A stretch of 64,000 nt of DNA, from contig OZ024740.1 of assembly GCA_964016885.1 (NCBI GenBank), positions 71,796,001 to 71,860,000 on the forward strand. The letters run 5' to 3'. The notes beneath the pieces were generated by a model that did not search any database, was not told the DNA's origin, and saw only the letters and a program-made list of their open reading frames with translations. The position numbers and the translations under genes were made by a program. This DNA comes from Eledone cirrhosa. Lineage: Eukaryota. How positions within the stretch are numbered: the first letter of the stretch is position 1; every line of letters starts with the position of its first letter. Positions 1 through 15,100 of the stretch are shown here, piece after piece.

Positions 1-34
1 AACACGGACGCTAAACGATAATGATGATGATGAT
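1..34 (+). mobile_element. 3' tip of RTE family A copy with (GAT)n tail (element continues left of window)
   Basis: AACACGGACGCTAAACGAT(GAT)n matches the 3' ends at 6382-6421 and 16040-16078. Confidence 0.8.
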
Positions 35-45
35 ACACATATATA

Positions 46-374
46 TCATTTCATTTCATCATCATTTCATTTTATGTCCACTTTTCCCTGCTTGCAAGGG
101 CGAGACGGGAACTGATTCTGGCTTGATTTCTACAGCTGGATGCCCTTCCTAACACCAACCTCATTTACAGTGAGTGCTGGGTGCTTTTTTGCCGTGGCAC
201 CTCCACGACCACTTTGCAGTGGAATGATAGGGACCCCAGTCCTATCATCTCATTTCTACAGCTGAGTAAACTGGAGCAATGTGAAATAAAGTGCCTTGCT
301 CAAGGAAACAACACATCACCCGGCCTGAGAATTGAACTCACAACCTTTCAATTGCAAGGCCAATGCTCTAACCA
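46..374 (-). mobile_element. tRNA-derived CORE-type SINE (SINE1), 5' tip lost into TA array
   Basis: Near-identical to 417-764; B box GAGTTCAATTC, CORE-like CCTTGAGCAAGGCACTTT...CAGTTTACTCAGCTGTAGAAATG, RTE-type tail. Confidence 0.85.
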
Positions 375-416
375 CATATATATATATATATATGTGTATA
401 TATATATATATATATA

Positions 417-895
<479 letters not shown>

Positions 896-913
896 TATAT
901 ATATATATACATA

Positions 914-1257
914 TCATCATCATCATCATTTCATTTTACATCCGCTTTTTCCCTGCTTGCAAGGGTGGGACGGGAACTGATGCTGGCTTGATTTCTACAG
1001 CTGGATGCCCTTCCTAACACCAACCTCATTTACAGTGAGTGCTGGGTGCTTTTTTGCCGTGGCACCTCCACGACCACTTTGCAGTGGAATGATAGGGACC
1101 CCAGTCCCTATCATCTCATTTCTACAGCTGAGTAAACTGGAGCAATGTGAAATAAAGTGTCTTGCTCAAGGAAACAACACATCACCCAGTCTGAGAATTG
1201 AACTCACAACCTTTCGATTGCAAGGCCAATGCTCTAACCACTAAGCCATGTGCCTCC
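914..1257 (-). mobile_element. Full-length SINE1, third of three same-orientation copies separated by TA arrays
   Basis: Near-identical to 417-764. Confidence 0.88.
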
Positions 1258-1309
1258 ATATATACACATATATATATACACATATATATACACATATATA
1301 TATATATAT

Positions 1310-1354
<45 letters not shown>

Positions 1355-1743
1355 TATATATATATATACACATATATATACACACATATATATATATATA
1401 TACACATATATATACACATATATATACACATATACATACATATACACATATATATATACACATACACATACATATACACATATACATACATATACACATA
1501 AACATACATATACATATATATATATACACATATACATATATATACTTATACATATATATACATATATATATATATATACACATAAACATATATATACTTA
1601 TACATATATATACATATATATATACATATATATACGTATACATATATATATATACATACATATATACACATATACATATATATATATACACATATATATA
1701 TATATACACATATATATACATATATATACATACATATATATAC

Positions 1744-1788
<45 letters not shown>

Positions 1789-1809
1789 TATATATACACA
1801 TATATATAC

Positions 1810-1850
<41 letters not shown>

Positions 1851-1854
1851 TATA
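1258..1854. repeat. Imperfect (TA)n/(TACA) microsatellite array
   Basis: Direct reading. Confidence 0.97.
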
Positions 1855-2170
1855 TTCATTAGTTAAACAAAACAAGACCACAAATTTCACAAGGAAGACA
1901 TTATTAAAAGATTGTCAACATATTTAGTTTGATGTAAGGAATGTAGAGAATAATAATATTGATAATTTGATAATAATGCCCGTTTACAATTGTTTCGCTA
2001 CTCCGTATAATATTTCTGGATCAGATGACTATATATCATAATTGATCTGGTTCAGTTGAAAATAATTAGCATATTTAAAAAAACAGAGTGGCTCATTGGA
2101 ACTCAAAGGAATATAAATTAAAATAATGTTACATAATATAATGTTCCATATATTAGTTTTTACTATGGTG
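1855..2170 (-). mobile_element. Hammerhead-bearing Penelope-like mini-element, family H1 (degenerate core CCAATGA at 2093-2099)
   Basis: Inverted homologue at 39190-39516; motif core...GCCACTCTGT/ACGGAGTAGC GAAACAATTGTA AAC at 1982-2102; 3' end abuts TA array. Confidence 0.6.
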
Positions 2171-2271
2171 CCTTTGTTCAATCAGCTGTCAGCCATAATC
2201 ACCAATCTTTCCTCTCATATCCCCTCTACTATCTCAATCTCTCTCTTTAAGATTGGTTACTCTTGAACTGT

Positions 2272-3130
<859 letters not shown>

Positions 3131-3747
3131 CATCATCATCATCATCATCATCAGGTTTAGCGTCCGTGTTCCACGCTTGCATGGGTTTGGACGGGGGTTT
3201 TCCCACTTGAGGCAAGAGTGGTTGTCTTGCTCGCATAGGACTGTCTGGCGGGTTTTCTACAGTTGGATGCCCTTCCTAACACCAACCACATTTACAGTGT
3301 GGGGCTGGGAGGTTTTTACCGTGTTGCCTACACGGCCACATTACAGCGTGGACTGTCTGGCGGGTTTTCTACAGCTGGATGCCCTTCCTAACACCAACCA
3401 CATTTACAGTGTGGGGCTGGGAGGTTTTTACCGTGTTGCCTACACCAACCACATTTACAGCGTGGACTGTCTGGCGGGTTTTCTACAGCTGGATGCCCTT
3501 CCTAACACCAACCACATTTACAGTGTGGTGCTGGGAGGTTTTTACCGTGTTGCCTACACGGCCACATTTACAGCGTGGACTGTGTGTTTTTTTGTCGTGA
3601 CACCTACACGATCTCATTTGTTTCGGCCTGGATGTTGTGGGACCAACATAAATGTACATTGAAAGGGGCGGTGTGGATGGGGTGGAGGTGGTGGGACGGG
3701 GGGTTGTTTTGATAGAGATGCCTACTGACTGTAGTAGGTTTTTACTT
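3131..3747 (-). mobile_element. RTE-A 3' UTR-only insertion with internally triplicated module
   Basis: Matches RTE-A 3' UTR; the GGACTGTCTGGCGGGTTTTCTACAG...GGATGCCCTTCC unit occurs three times; (CAT)n at 3131. Confidence 0.85.
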
Positions 3748-3972
3748 ATATATACATATATATATACATATATACATATATATATATACATATATATATA
3801 TATACATATATATACACATATATATATGTATATATATGTATATATATATATATACATATATATATATACATATATATATATATGTATATATACATATATA
3901 TATATATGTATATATACATATATACATATATATATATATGTATATATACATATATACATATATATATATATA

Positions 3973-4209
3973 CGGATGTAAATATAATGTATTTTGCAAT
4001 ACACTTTATGCTTAATTAAAAGCATTTTGAAGACCGTAAGCTATTGTTTTAAAGTAGTGACAAATTCACTCACTTCGATCTCAGCAAACAGGAGGTGCTG
4101 AGATCGAAGTGAGTGAATTTGTCACTACTTTAAAACAATAGCTTACGGTCTTCAAAATGCTTTTAATTAAGCATAAAGTGTATTGCAAAATACATTATAT
4201 TTACATCCG
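3973..4209. repeat. Perfect foldback palindrome, 114-bp arms with 9-nt loop, TA-flanked
   Basis: 3973-4086 is the reverse complement of 4096-4209; loop AACAGGAGG. Confidence 0.93.
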
Positions 4210-4242
4210 TATATATATTGCTATTTCAGAGCTACAATTCTA

Positions 4243-4288
<46 letters not shown>

Positions 4289-4353
4289 GTATATATATGT
4301 ATATATATATGTATATATATGTATATATATATGTATATATATATATATATATA

Positions 4354-6421
4354 TCTCCCCCATATCGACCCGATAGAGGGACCAGCAGTGTTAGTCGAGG
4401 GGAGTATAATAAGTAAGGCAATCAAGGATATGAAGGACTGGTAAGGCGGCTGGGCCTTCGGAAATAGTTGCTGAGATGCTGAAGGCATCTGGCACGGTGG
4501 GACACACCATGGTCACCCGCATAGTTAACCAAGTCGTACAGAATGGGGTTGTTCCGAAGGACTGGCATAGCAGCATCATCGTTAACTGTTATAAGGGTAA
4601 AGGAGACGCCCTAGATAGGAGTAACTATAGAGGCATTAAATTAATCGACCAGGTCATGAAGGTCACGGAAAAAGTAATAGCGCAACTAATCAGAGAGAGA
4701 ATTGATCTAGATGAAATGCAGTTCGGGTTTGTGTCAGGCAAAAGCACCACAGACGCTCTTTTCATAGTACGACAACTACAGGAGAAGTACCTAGCTAAAG
4801 GTAAACCCCTCTACTTAGCTTTTGTCGACCTGGAGAAAGCCTTCGACAGAGTCCCCCGCTCCATTATCTGGTGGGCTCTTAGAAAACTAGGCGTTGACGA
4901 ATGGCTTGTGAGGGCTATACAAGCCATGTATAAAGAAACAGTCAGCAAGGTTAGAATTAACAACGAATATAGTGAAGAGTTTAGCGTAAAAGTTGGCGTC
5001 CATCAGGGCTCTGTTCTCAGCCCCCTACTATTTATTATTGCCCTTCAGGCTATAACAGAGGAGTTCAAGACAGGCTGCCCATGGGAACTCCTATACGCAG
5101 ACGACCTGACACTCATAGCGGAATCAATGGCCGAGCTAGAGAAGAAATTCCAAACATGGAAGCACGGCCTAGAGTCAAAAGGACTTAAAATTAACCTGGC
5201 TAAGACCAAAGTTCTAGTTTGTAGGAAAGAAAACAAGGCGGCGGTCCCTTCTGGGAAATGGTCGTGCTCGGTATGTAGGAAAGGCGTAGGTAGAAACTCC
5301 ATCTTATGTCCTAAATGCAAAGTATGGGTGCATAATAAAAGATGTAGTGGGATCACAGGTAAGCTAACTAAGAACATAGATTTTACATGTGGCCGGTGTT
5401 CTGGTGCAATAAGTAGCAGCAAGTGCCCACAAAATACTAGCTCTTTCAATTGCGCAGAGGGTTCTATAGAAATAGTGGACAGCTTCCGTTACCTGGGCGA
5501 TAAAATCAGCAGTGGGGGAGGGTGCTCTGAAAGTACTGTAGCTAGAGTCAGAACTGGTTGGAAAAAGTTCAGAGAGCTTATACCACTATTAGCTGCTAAA
5601 GGGTTCTCCCTAAAAATGAAAGGCAGGTTGTACGATGCCTGCATACGAACAGCAATGTTGCATGGTAGTGAGACCTGGGCATTGTGTGCAGAGGATATAC
5701 GCAGACTAGAGCGGAACGAAGCTTGCATGCTCCGCTGGATGTGTAACAGTAATATACGTGAACGGCAAAGCATAAACGAACTAAGGAAAAAATTAGAGAT
5801 AAGAGGGATCAGATGTTGTTTACTCGAGAGAAGGCTGCGTTGGTATGGACACGTGATGCGCATGAAAGTCGATAGCTGTATTACAAAGTGCAGGGCAATA
5901 AAGATAGACGGTAGCCACGGAATAGGCAGACCTAGAAAAACATGGGATGAGCTGATAAACTCCGACCTCACACACTTACACCTCTCCAAGACAATGTCAC
6001 TGGACCGAGACCTTTGGCGGTACTCAGTAACAGAGAAGACCCGCCTTGCCAGTAGGCATCTCTAACAAACTACACCCCGTCCCGCCACCACCCCCACCCC
6101 ATCCACACCACCCCGTTCTATGTAAAGTTATGTTGGTGCCGCGCCATCCAGGCCGAAACAAATGAGATCGTGTAGGTGTCACGACAAAAAAACACACAGT
6201 CCACGCTGTAATGTGGCCGTGTAGGCAACACGGTAAAAACCTCCCAGACCCACACTGTAAATGTGGTTGGTGTTAGGAAGGGCATCCAACTGTAGAAAAC
6301 CTGCCAGACAGTCCTATGCGAGCAAGACAATCACTCTTGCCTCAAGTGGGACTACCCCCGTCCAAACCCATGCAAGCGTGGAACACGGACGTTAAACGTT
6401 GATGATGATGATGATGATGAT
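4354..6421 (+). mobile_element. RTE-A LINE, 5'-truncated (RT ORF remnant 4476-6065)
   Basis: RT motifs [29 protein letters not shown]; PHD-type finger; 3' UTR and (GAT)n. Confidence 0.95.
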
Positions 6422-6528
6422 ATATATATATATATGTATATATATATATGTATATATATATATGTATATATATGTATATATATATATGTATATATATATA
6501 TGTATATATGTATATATATATATGTATA

Positions 6529-7976
6529 TCATCATCATCATCATCAATGTTTAACGTCCGTGTTCCACGCTTGCATGGGTTTGGACGGGGGTAGTCCCAC
6601 TTGAGGCAAGAGTGATTGTCTTGCTCGCATAGGACTGTCTGGCAGGTTTTCTACAGTTGGATGCCCTTCCTAACACCAACCACATTTACAGTGTGGGTCT
6701 GGGAGGTTTTTACCGTGTTGCCTACACGGCCACATTACAGCGTGGACTGTGTGTTTTTTTGTCGTGACACCTACACGATCTCATTTGTTTCGGCCTGGAT
6801 GGCGCGGCACCAACATAACTTTACATAGAACGGGGTGGTGTGGATGGGGTGGGGGTGGTGGCGGGACGGGGTGTATTTTGTTAGAGATGCCTACTGGCAA
6901 GGCGGGTCTTCTCTGTTACTGAGTACCGCCAAAGGTCTCGGTCCAGTGACATTGTCTTGGAGAGGTGTAAGTGTGTGAGGTCGGAGTTTATCAGCTCATC
7001 CCATGTTTTTCTAGGTCTGCCTATTCCGTGGCTACCGTCTATCTTTATTGCCCTGCACTTTGTTATACAGCTATCGACTTTCATGCGCATCACGTGTCCA
7101 TACCAACGCAGCCTTCTCTCGAGTAAACAACATCTGATCCCTCTTATCTCTAATTTTTTCCTTAGTTCGTTTATGCTTTGCCGTTCACGTATATTACTGT
7201 TACACATCCAGCGGAGCATGCAAGCTTCATTCCTCTCTAGTCTGCGTATATCCTCTGCACACAATGCCCAGGTCTCACTACCATGCAACATTGCTGTTCG
7301 TATGCAGGCATCGTACAACCTGCCTTTCATTTTTAGGGAGAACCCTTTAGCAGCTAATAGTGGTATAAGCTCTCTGAACTTTTTCCAACCAGTTCTGACT
7401 CTAGCTACAGTACTTTCAGAGCACCCTCCCCCACTGCTGATTTTATCGCCCAGGTAACGGAAGCTGTCCACTATTTCTATAGAACCCTCTGCGCAATTGA
7501 AAGAGCTAGTATTTTGTGGGCACTTGCTGCTACTTATTGCACCAGAACACCGGCCACATGTAAAATCTATGTTCTTAGTTAGCTTACCTGTGATCCCACT
7601 ACATCTTTTATGCACCCATACTTTGCATTTAGGACATAAAATGGAGTTTCTACCTACGCCTTTCCTACACACCGAGCACGACCATTTCCCAGAAGGGACT
7701 GCCGCCTTGTTTTCTTTCCTACAAACTAGAACTTTGGTCTTAGCCAGGTTAATTTAGAGTCCTTTTGACTCTAGGCCGTGCTTCCATGTTTGGAATTTCT
7801 TCTCTAGCTCAGCCATTGATTCCGCTATGAGTGTCAGGTCGTCTGCGTATAGGAGGTCCCATGGGCAGCCTGTCTTGAACTCCTCTGTTATAGCCTGAAG
7901 GGCAATAATAAATAGTAGGGGGCTGAGAACAGAGCCCTGATGGACGCCAACTTTTACGCTAAACTCTTCACTATAT
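6529..7976 (-). mobile_element. RTE-A LINE, 5'-truncated, inverted twin of 4967-6421 (nonsense codon at 7754)
   Basis: ORFs 7754-8236 and 6881-7672 encode the RT C-terminal half; shares the private 28-bp deletion giving the TRLASRHL end. Confidence 0.95.
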
Positions 7977-8037
7977 GTATATGTATATATATGTATATAT
8001 GTATATATATATATATGTATATATATATGTATATATG

Positions 8038-8102
<65 letters not shown>

Positions 8103-8157
8103 GTATATATATATATGTATATATGTATATATATATATATATGTATATATGATATAT

Positions 8158-8223
<66 letters not shown>

Positions 8224-8226
8224 ATA

Positions 8227-8380
8227 TCATCATCAACGTTTAACGTCCGTGTTCCACGCTTGCATGGGTTTGGACGGGGGTAGTCCCACTTTAGGCAAGA
8301 GTGATTGTCTTGCTCGCATAGGACTGTCTGGCAGGTTTTCTACAGTTGGATGCCCTTCCTAACACCAACCACATTTACAG
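8227..8380 (-). mobile_element. RTE-A 3' terminal fragment between TA arrays
   Basis: Matches the last ~150 nt of RTE-A. Confidence 0.85.
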
Positions 8381-8424
8381 TATATATATGTATATATGTA
8401 TATATATATGTATATATATATATG

Positions 8425-8489
<65 letters not shown>

Positions 8490-8534
8490 GTATATATATA
8501 TATATGTATATATATATATGTATATATATATATG

Positions 8535-8565
<31 letters not shown>

Positions 8566-8832
8566 GTATATATATATGTATATATGTATATATGTATATA
8601 TATATGTATATATAATATATATATATATATGTATATGTATATATATATATATTTATGTATATATATATGTATATATGTATATATAATATATATATATGTA
8701 TATGTATATATATATATATTTATGTATATATATATATATAACGAAGGAAATGTGGTAAGGAACCAGGTGGACCATAACGCACCAAAGTACTCAATACTTG
8801 AGGTAGTAGAGTGGGTAATAGGAACCAGTAAG

Positions 8833-8926
8833 ACCCCGACAGCTGAGCTCAAGCCGTTTCGACGGCTAATTCTGGACTAAATGAAAATTTATCCTGGTAT
8901 TTAAATAGCCGATCTTCTCAAGGGGT
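8833..8926 (-). ncRNA. Type I hammerhead ribozyme motif (U3-A8 variant), mirror of 10008-10101
   Basis: Reverse complement of 10008-10101. Confidence 0.72.
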
Positions 8927-9606
8927 AATTCCATATATGGTCAAAGTGATTGTCAAAAATCAGTAGTAATTCTGTGGTTGCAAATTAGTAGGGGAGATGG
9001 TGGCTAAACCTGCCAGTAGGAGAAAGAGGGGAGGGGGTGGAGTAGACCCAATCAAGCGTTGGTAGTGCCAGCTACAGCTGGGCATGAGGTCAAAGAAGAT
9101 ACAGGGGAGAGGGAGGGGGAGGAAGTCGGAACGGTAGGTAGAACAATGGGGGGTAGAAATAGGAAAGAAAAAATACTGAGAGTGAAGAAAAGCAAATAAG
9201 TGTAAAGAAAAAGAAAAAGTAAAGTAAATTAAATTCAACGACCTAGGTGTCAGGCTATTGTTAGGCGAGAATAAAATAAAATATTGGGCGGGGTGGATTC
9301 TGAATTTATTTCTCCGTATTCTACCTTTATTTCGTACGAACTTTCATGTAGCTTGTTTTAGATCTTTTAGAGTTAGCATTAGTATATATTTTTTTCCCGG
9401 GACTCAGAATTATTATCTCGTACAAGTTCACTTTGCTGCACTGGGTCGTTGCTGGCCCGGGATGGAAACCTTTATTGTTTATTTCGTGGTAGTCTCTTTA
9501 GTATTTTGGCCCCTTTTGTTGACCCGTCACCGTATCATTTACGTACTTATACCTCTTAAAAGGGTCCTTGCCTTATCCGTCCCACCTAGTTCTCTTACTT
9601 ATTTCC

Positions 9607-9637
<31 letters not shown>

Positions 9638-10007
9638 CTTCTTTCTTTCTTTCTTTATTTTATTCTCGCCTAACAATAGCCTGACACCTAGGTCGTTGAA
9701 TTTAATCTACTTTACTTTTTCTTTTTCTTTACACTTATTTGCTTTTCTTCACTCTCAGTATTTTTTCTTTCCTATTTCTACCCCCCATTGTTCTACCTAC
9801 CGTTCCGACTTCCTCCCCCTCCCCCTCCCCTGTATCTTCTTTGACCTCATGCCCAGCTGTAGCTGGCACTACCAACGCTTGATTGGGTCTACTCCACCCC
9901 CTCCCCTCTTTCTCCTACTGGCAGGTTTAGCCACCATCTCCCCTACTAATTTGCAACCACAGAATTACTACTGATTTTTGACAATCACTTTGACCATATA
10001 TGGAATT

Positions 10008-10101
10008 ACCCCTTGAGAAGATCGGCTATTTAAATACCAGGATAAATTTTCATTTAGTCCAGAATTAGCCGTCGAAACGGCTTGAGCTCAGCTGTCGGGG
10101 T
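10008..10101 (+). ncRNA. Type I hammerhead ribozyme motif (U3-A8 variant), predicted cleavage after GUC at 10096
   Basis: Stem I ACCCC/GGGGT; core TTGAGAA; stem II GA(T)CGGCTA/TAGCCGTC; GAAA; stem III ACGGCT/AGCTGT with palindromic TGAGCTCA. Confidence 0.75.
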
Positions 10102-10113
10102 CTTACTGGTTCC

Positions 10114-11713
<1,600 letters not shown>

Positions 11714-11817
11714 ATGTACAGACTTCATTTCTCTCCCTCCACAAATCTTAATTCTAGCGTATTTTCAAAACAATCCATATTTCGTATCAAGTCCAAATAG
11801 CCAATCTATCGCTAAAA

Positions 11818-12068
11818 CAAACTACATTTTCTGTTTCTATTAATTGCTAAATACGTAAGTTTTTGGGCGTATTTAACAGAACAAATTTTGTATTTTTGTT
11901 AATCGCTTGTTAAATGCAAGGACCCCATTCAATCATTACCTTCAAACTACATTTTCTGTTTCTATTAATTGCTAAATACGTAAGTTTTTGGGCGTATTTA
12001 ACAGAACAAATTTTGTATTTTTGTTAATCGCTTGTTAAATGCAAGGACCCCATTCAATCATTACCTTC
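11818..12068. repeat. Two-copy tandem duplication, ~125-bp unit, upstream of the RTE-A ORF
   Basis: AAACTACATTTTCTGTTTC...CAATCATTACCTTC repeated directly. Confidence 0.9.
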
Positions 12069-12159
12069 TTGCTAGCTATTTTCAAACCTTAATTCCTAAC
12101 GTATTTTCAAACCTCAATCCCTAATTCTAGCGTATCTTCAAAACAAAAAAACAAAATCC

Positions 12160-15100
12160 TTTCCTTCTTCCTTCTTCGAAGGCACGGGGCGGTCAAACGC
12201 CTAACACTCACAGCCATCATGTGGCCCCCTCCCCTCGCTCTCTCTCACTCTCTCTCTCTCTCTATAAATATATGATAGGAATACCCAACACCCCTCCCTC
12301 CCACCCCCACGCACCACCATTGCTATTACGTGGACCAATCATAAAACAGAGCCCCCACGCATCACCAGTATTATTACGCGGACCAATCAGAAACCAGAGG
12401 CCTATACTATCGCTTGCCTGGTTGCCTTTCGATATACGATATATGATGGATGGATGGACTGCGGAATCCTGGAGAGTGGAGGTGAGAGAGAGAAAAATCT
12501 GGACGCTCAGCGACAATGCCAAAGATAAAGACAAATTCACCTCTTGGACGAGAATGCGAGCACTCCTCATTGTTTCGACCGCGGACGGCTAACATAACCC
12601 CATCGCCCCCCGCCCCTCACCGCCCCCAACCCCCAAACGCAATCCAAAACTTCAGAGTTGGTACCATAAATGTAGGCACCCTAAAGGGTCGCGCTAACGA
12701 GGTTGTAGAAATGCTTGAACGTAAGGAGGTCGATGTTTGTTGTATTCAAGAGACCAGGTGGAGGGGTGGGTCTGCTAGGTTCATTGAGGGTAAAAAACGA
12801 TGTTATAAGCTTTTCTGGGTGGGAAACGACGATGGGCTGGGTGGAGTAGGAATCATGGTAGCAGAAAAGTGGGCAGATAAGATAATAGACGTAAATAGAG
12901 TGAACGACAGAATAATTAAAATACGACTTGTCCTCAATAGAACTACGGTGACAGTAATATCTGCGTACGCACCCCAATCCGGACTGCCCGGCACTATAAA
13001 AGACAGATTCTATGAGACACTGATGCTAACTACCTCCCAAATACCCGACAGTGACTATATAATTATCGCAGGCGACCTAAATGGTCACGTTGGACAACAT
13101 CGTGACGGCTACGACGAAATCCATGGAGGCTATGGGTTTGGTACTAGAAATGAGGAAGGCTCCAGAATCCTGGAATTCTGTGATGCAAATAACCTAACTA
13201 TCTGTAACACTAACTTCAAAAAACGTGACAATCACCTGATCACCTATAGATCCGGGGAACACACAAGCCAGGTAGATTATATCCTTACCAGAAGACGTGA
13301 CAGAGTGTCTGTTGTTAACACTAAATCCCTCCCCCATGAAGAATGCACCTCCCAACATAGACTGATAATTAGCGACCTCATAGTCAGGACGAGACGTACT
13401 CGACAACAGAAGAGGACTATCCTCAGGAGGAAAATATGGAAGCTAAAGGACCCCACAGCCAGGAATAAATTTCAAAGCATATTACTTGATGCTTTCGACA
13501 GTAAGGAAGAACATTTAGAGTCGGACAATATAGAGGGAGAGTGGGAATTTCTGAAAGCAAAGCTGCTGTTGGCGACAGACGAGGTCTGTGGCTGGAGCAG
13601 GCCTGTAGGCAGGAGGAGAGTAACATGGTGGTGGAACAGTAAGGTGGAGGGGTCAATTAAGGCCAAAAAGCAGGCTTGGAAAGTATGGCGGGATGGGGGA
13701 AGTAGAGAGGACTATCAAGTGGCCAGGAGGGAAGCTAGGAGACAAGTGTACTTAGCAAGAAGGGAAGCTGAGGAAAGAAAGTTCAAGCATGTTCTACAAC
13801 GCGATGACCAAAAACGTGAGGTGTTCAGGATTGCTAGGCAATGCGTCAAGGAAAACCGTGATATTGTCGGGGAGAAGTGTGTACTAAACGACGATGGCAC
13901 ACTTGCCATCACCGACGCTGATAAGAAGGTAGCTTGGAAGTGTCACTATGAAAGGCTACTAAATGAGGAGAATAATTGGGAGAAAGGCAGTCTCCCCCAT
14001 ATCGACCCAATAGAGGGACCAGCAGTGTTAGTCGAGGGGAGTATAATAAGTAAGGCAATCAAGGATATGAAGACGGGTAAGGCGGCTGGGCCTTCGGAAA
14101 TAGTTGCTGAGATGCTGAAGGCATCTGGCACGGTGGGACACACCATGGTCACCCGCATAGTTAACCAAGTCGTACAGAATGGGGTTGTTCCGAAGGACTG
14201 GCATAGCAGCATCATCGTTAACTGTTATAAGGGTAAAGGAGACGCCCTAGATAGGAGTAACTATAGAGGCATTAAATTAATCGACCAGGTCATGAAGGTC
14301 ACGGAAAAAGTAATAGCGCAACTAATCAGAGAGAGAATTGACCTAGATGAAATGCAGTTCGGGTTTGTGTCAGGCAAAAGTACCACAGACGCTCTTTTCA
14401 TAGTACGACAACTACAGGAGAAGTACCTAGCTAAAGGTAAACCCCTCTACTTAGCTTTTGTCGACTTGGAGAAAGCCTTCGACAGAGTCCCCCGCTCCAT
14501 TATCTGGTGGGCTCTTAGAAAACTAGGCGTTGACGAATGGCTTGTGAGGGCTATACAAGCCATGTATAAAGAAACAGTCAGCAAGGTTAGAATTAACAAC
14601 GAATATAGTGAAGAGTTTAGCGTAAAAGTTGGCGTCCATCAGGGCTCTGTTCTCAGCCCACTACTATTTATTATTGCCCTTCAGGCTATAACAGAGGAGT
14701 TCAAGACAGGCTGCCCATGGGTACGCAGACGACCTGACACTCATAGCGGAATCAATGGCCGAGCTAGAGAAGAAATTCCAAACATGGAAGCACGGCCTAG
14801 AGTCAAAAGGACTTAAAATTAACCTGGCTAAGACCAAAGTACTAGTTTGTAGGAAAGAAAACAAGGCGGCGGTCCCTTCTGGGAAATGGTCGTGCTCGGT
14901 GTGTAGGAAAGGCGTAGGTAGAAACTCCATTTTATGTCCTAAATGCAAAGTATGGGTGCATAAAAGATGTAGTGGGATCACAGGTAAGCTAACTAAGAAC
15001 ATAGATTTTACATGTGGCCGGTGCTCTGGTGCAATAAGTAGCAGCAAGTGCCCACAAACTACTAGCTCTTTCAATTGCGCAGAGGGTTCTATAGAAATAG

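Larger units (their letters stand above)
8740..10116. mobile_element. Penelope-like non-coding element, family H2: 463-bp inverted arms (8818-9280 / 9654-10116) around a 373-bp spacer
   Basis: Arms are near-perfect reverse complements, each with a hammerhead motif; terminal part recurs at 56472 and 62394; TA arrays on both sides. Confidence 0.75.

Noticed and set aside
9258-9974. 238-aa hydrophobic ORF inside H2
   Set aside because: T-rich low-complexity translation with a TTG start and no recognisable domain
12160-12215. Possible HDV-like ribozyme at the RTE-A 5' end (GG-GCG..CGC-CTAA)
   Set aside because: P4 and J4/2-like piece present, but no P1 or P2 partner strands found upstream
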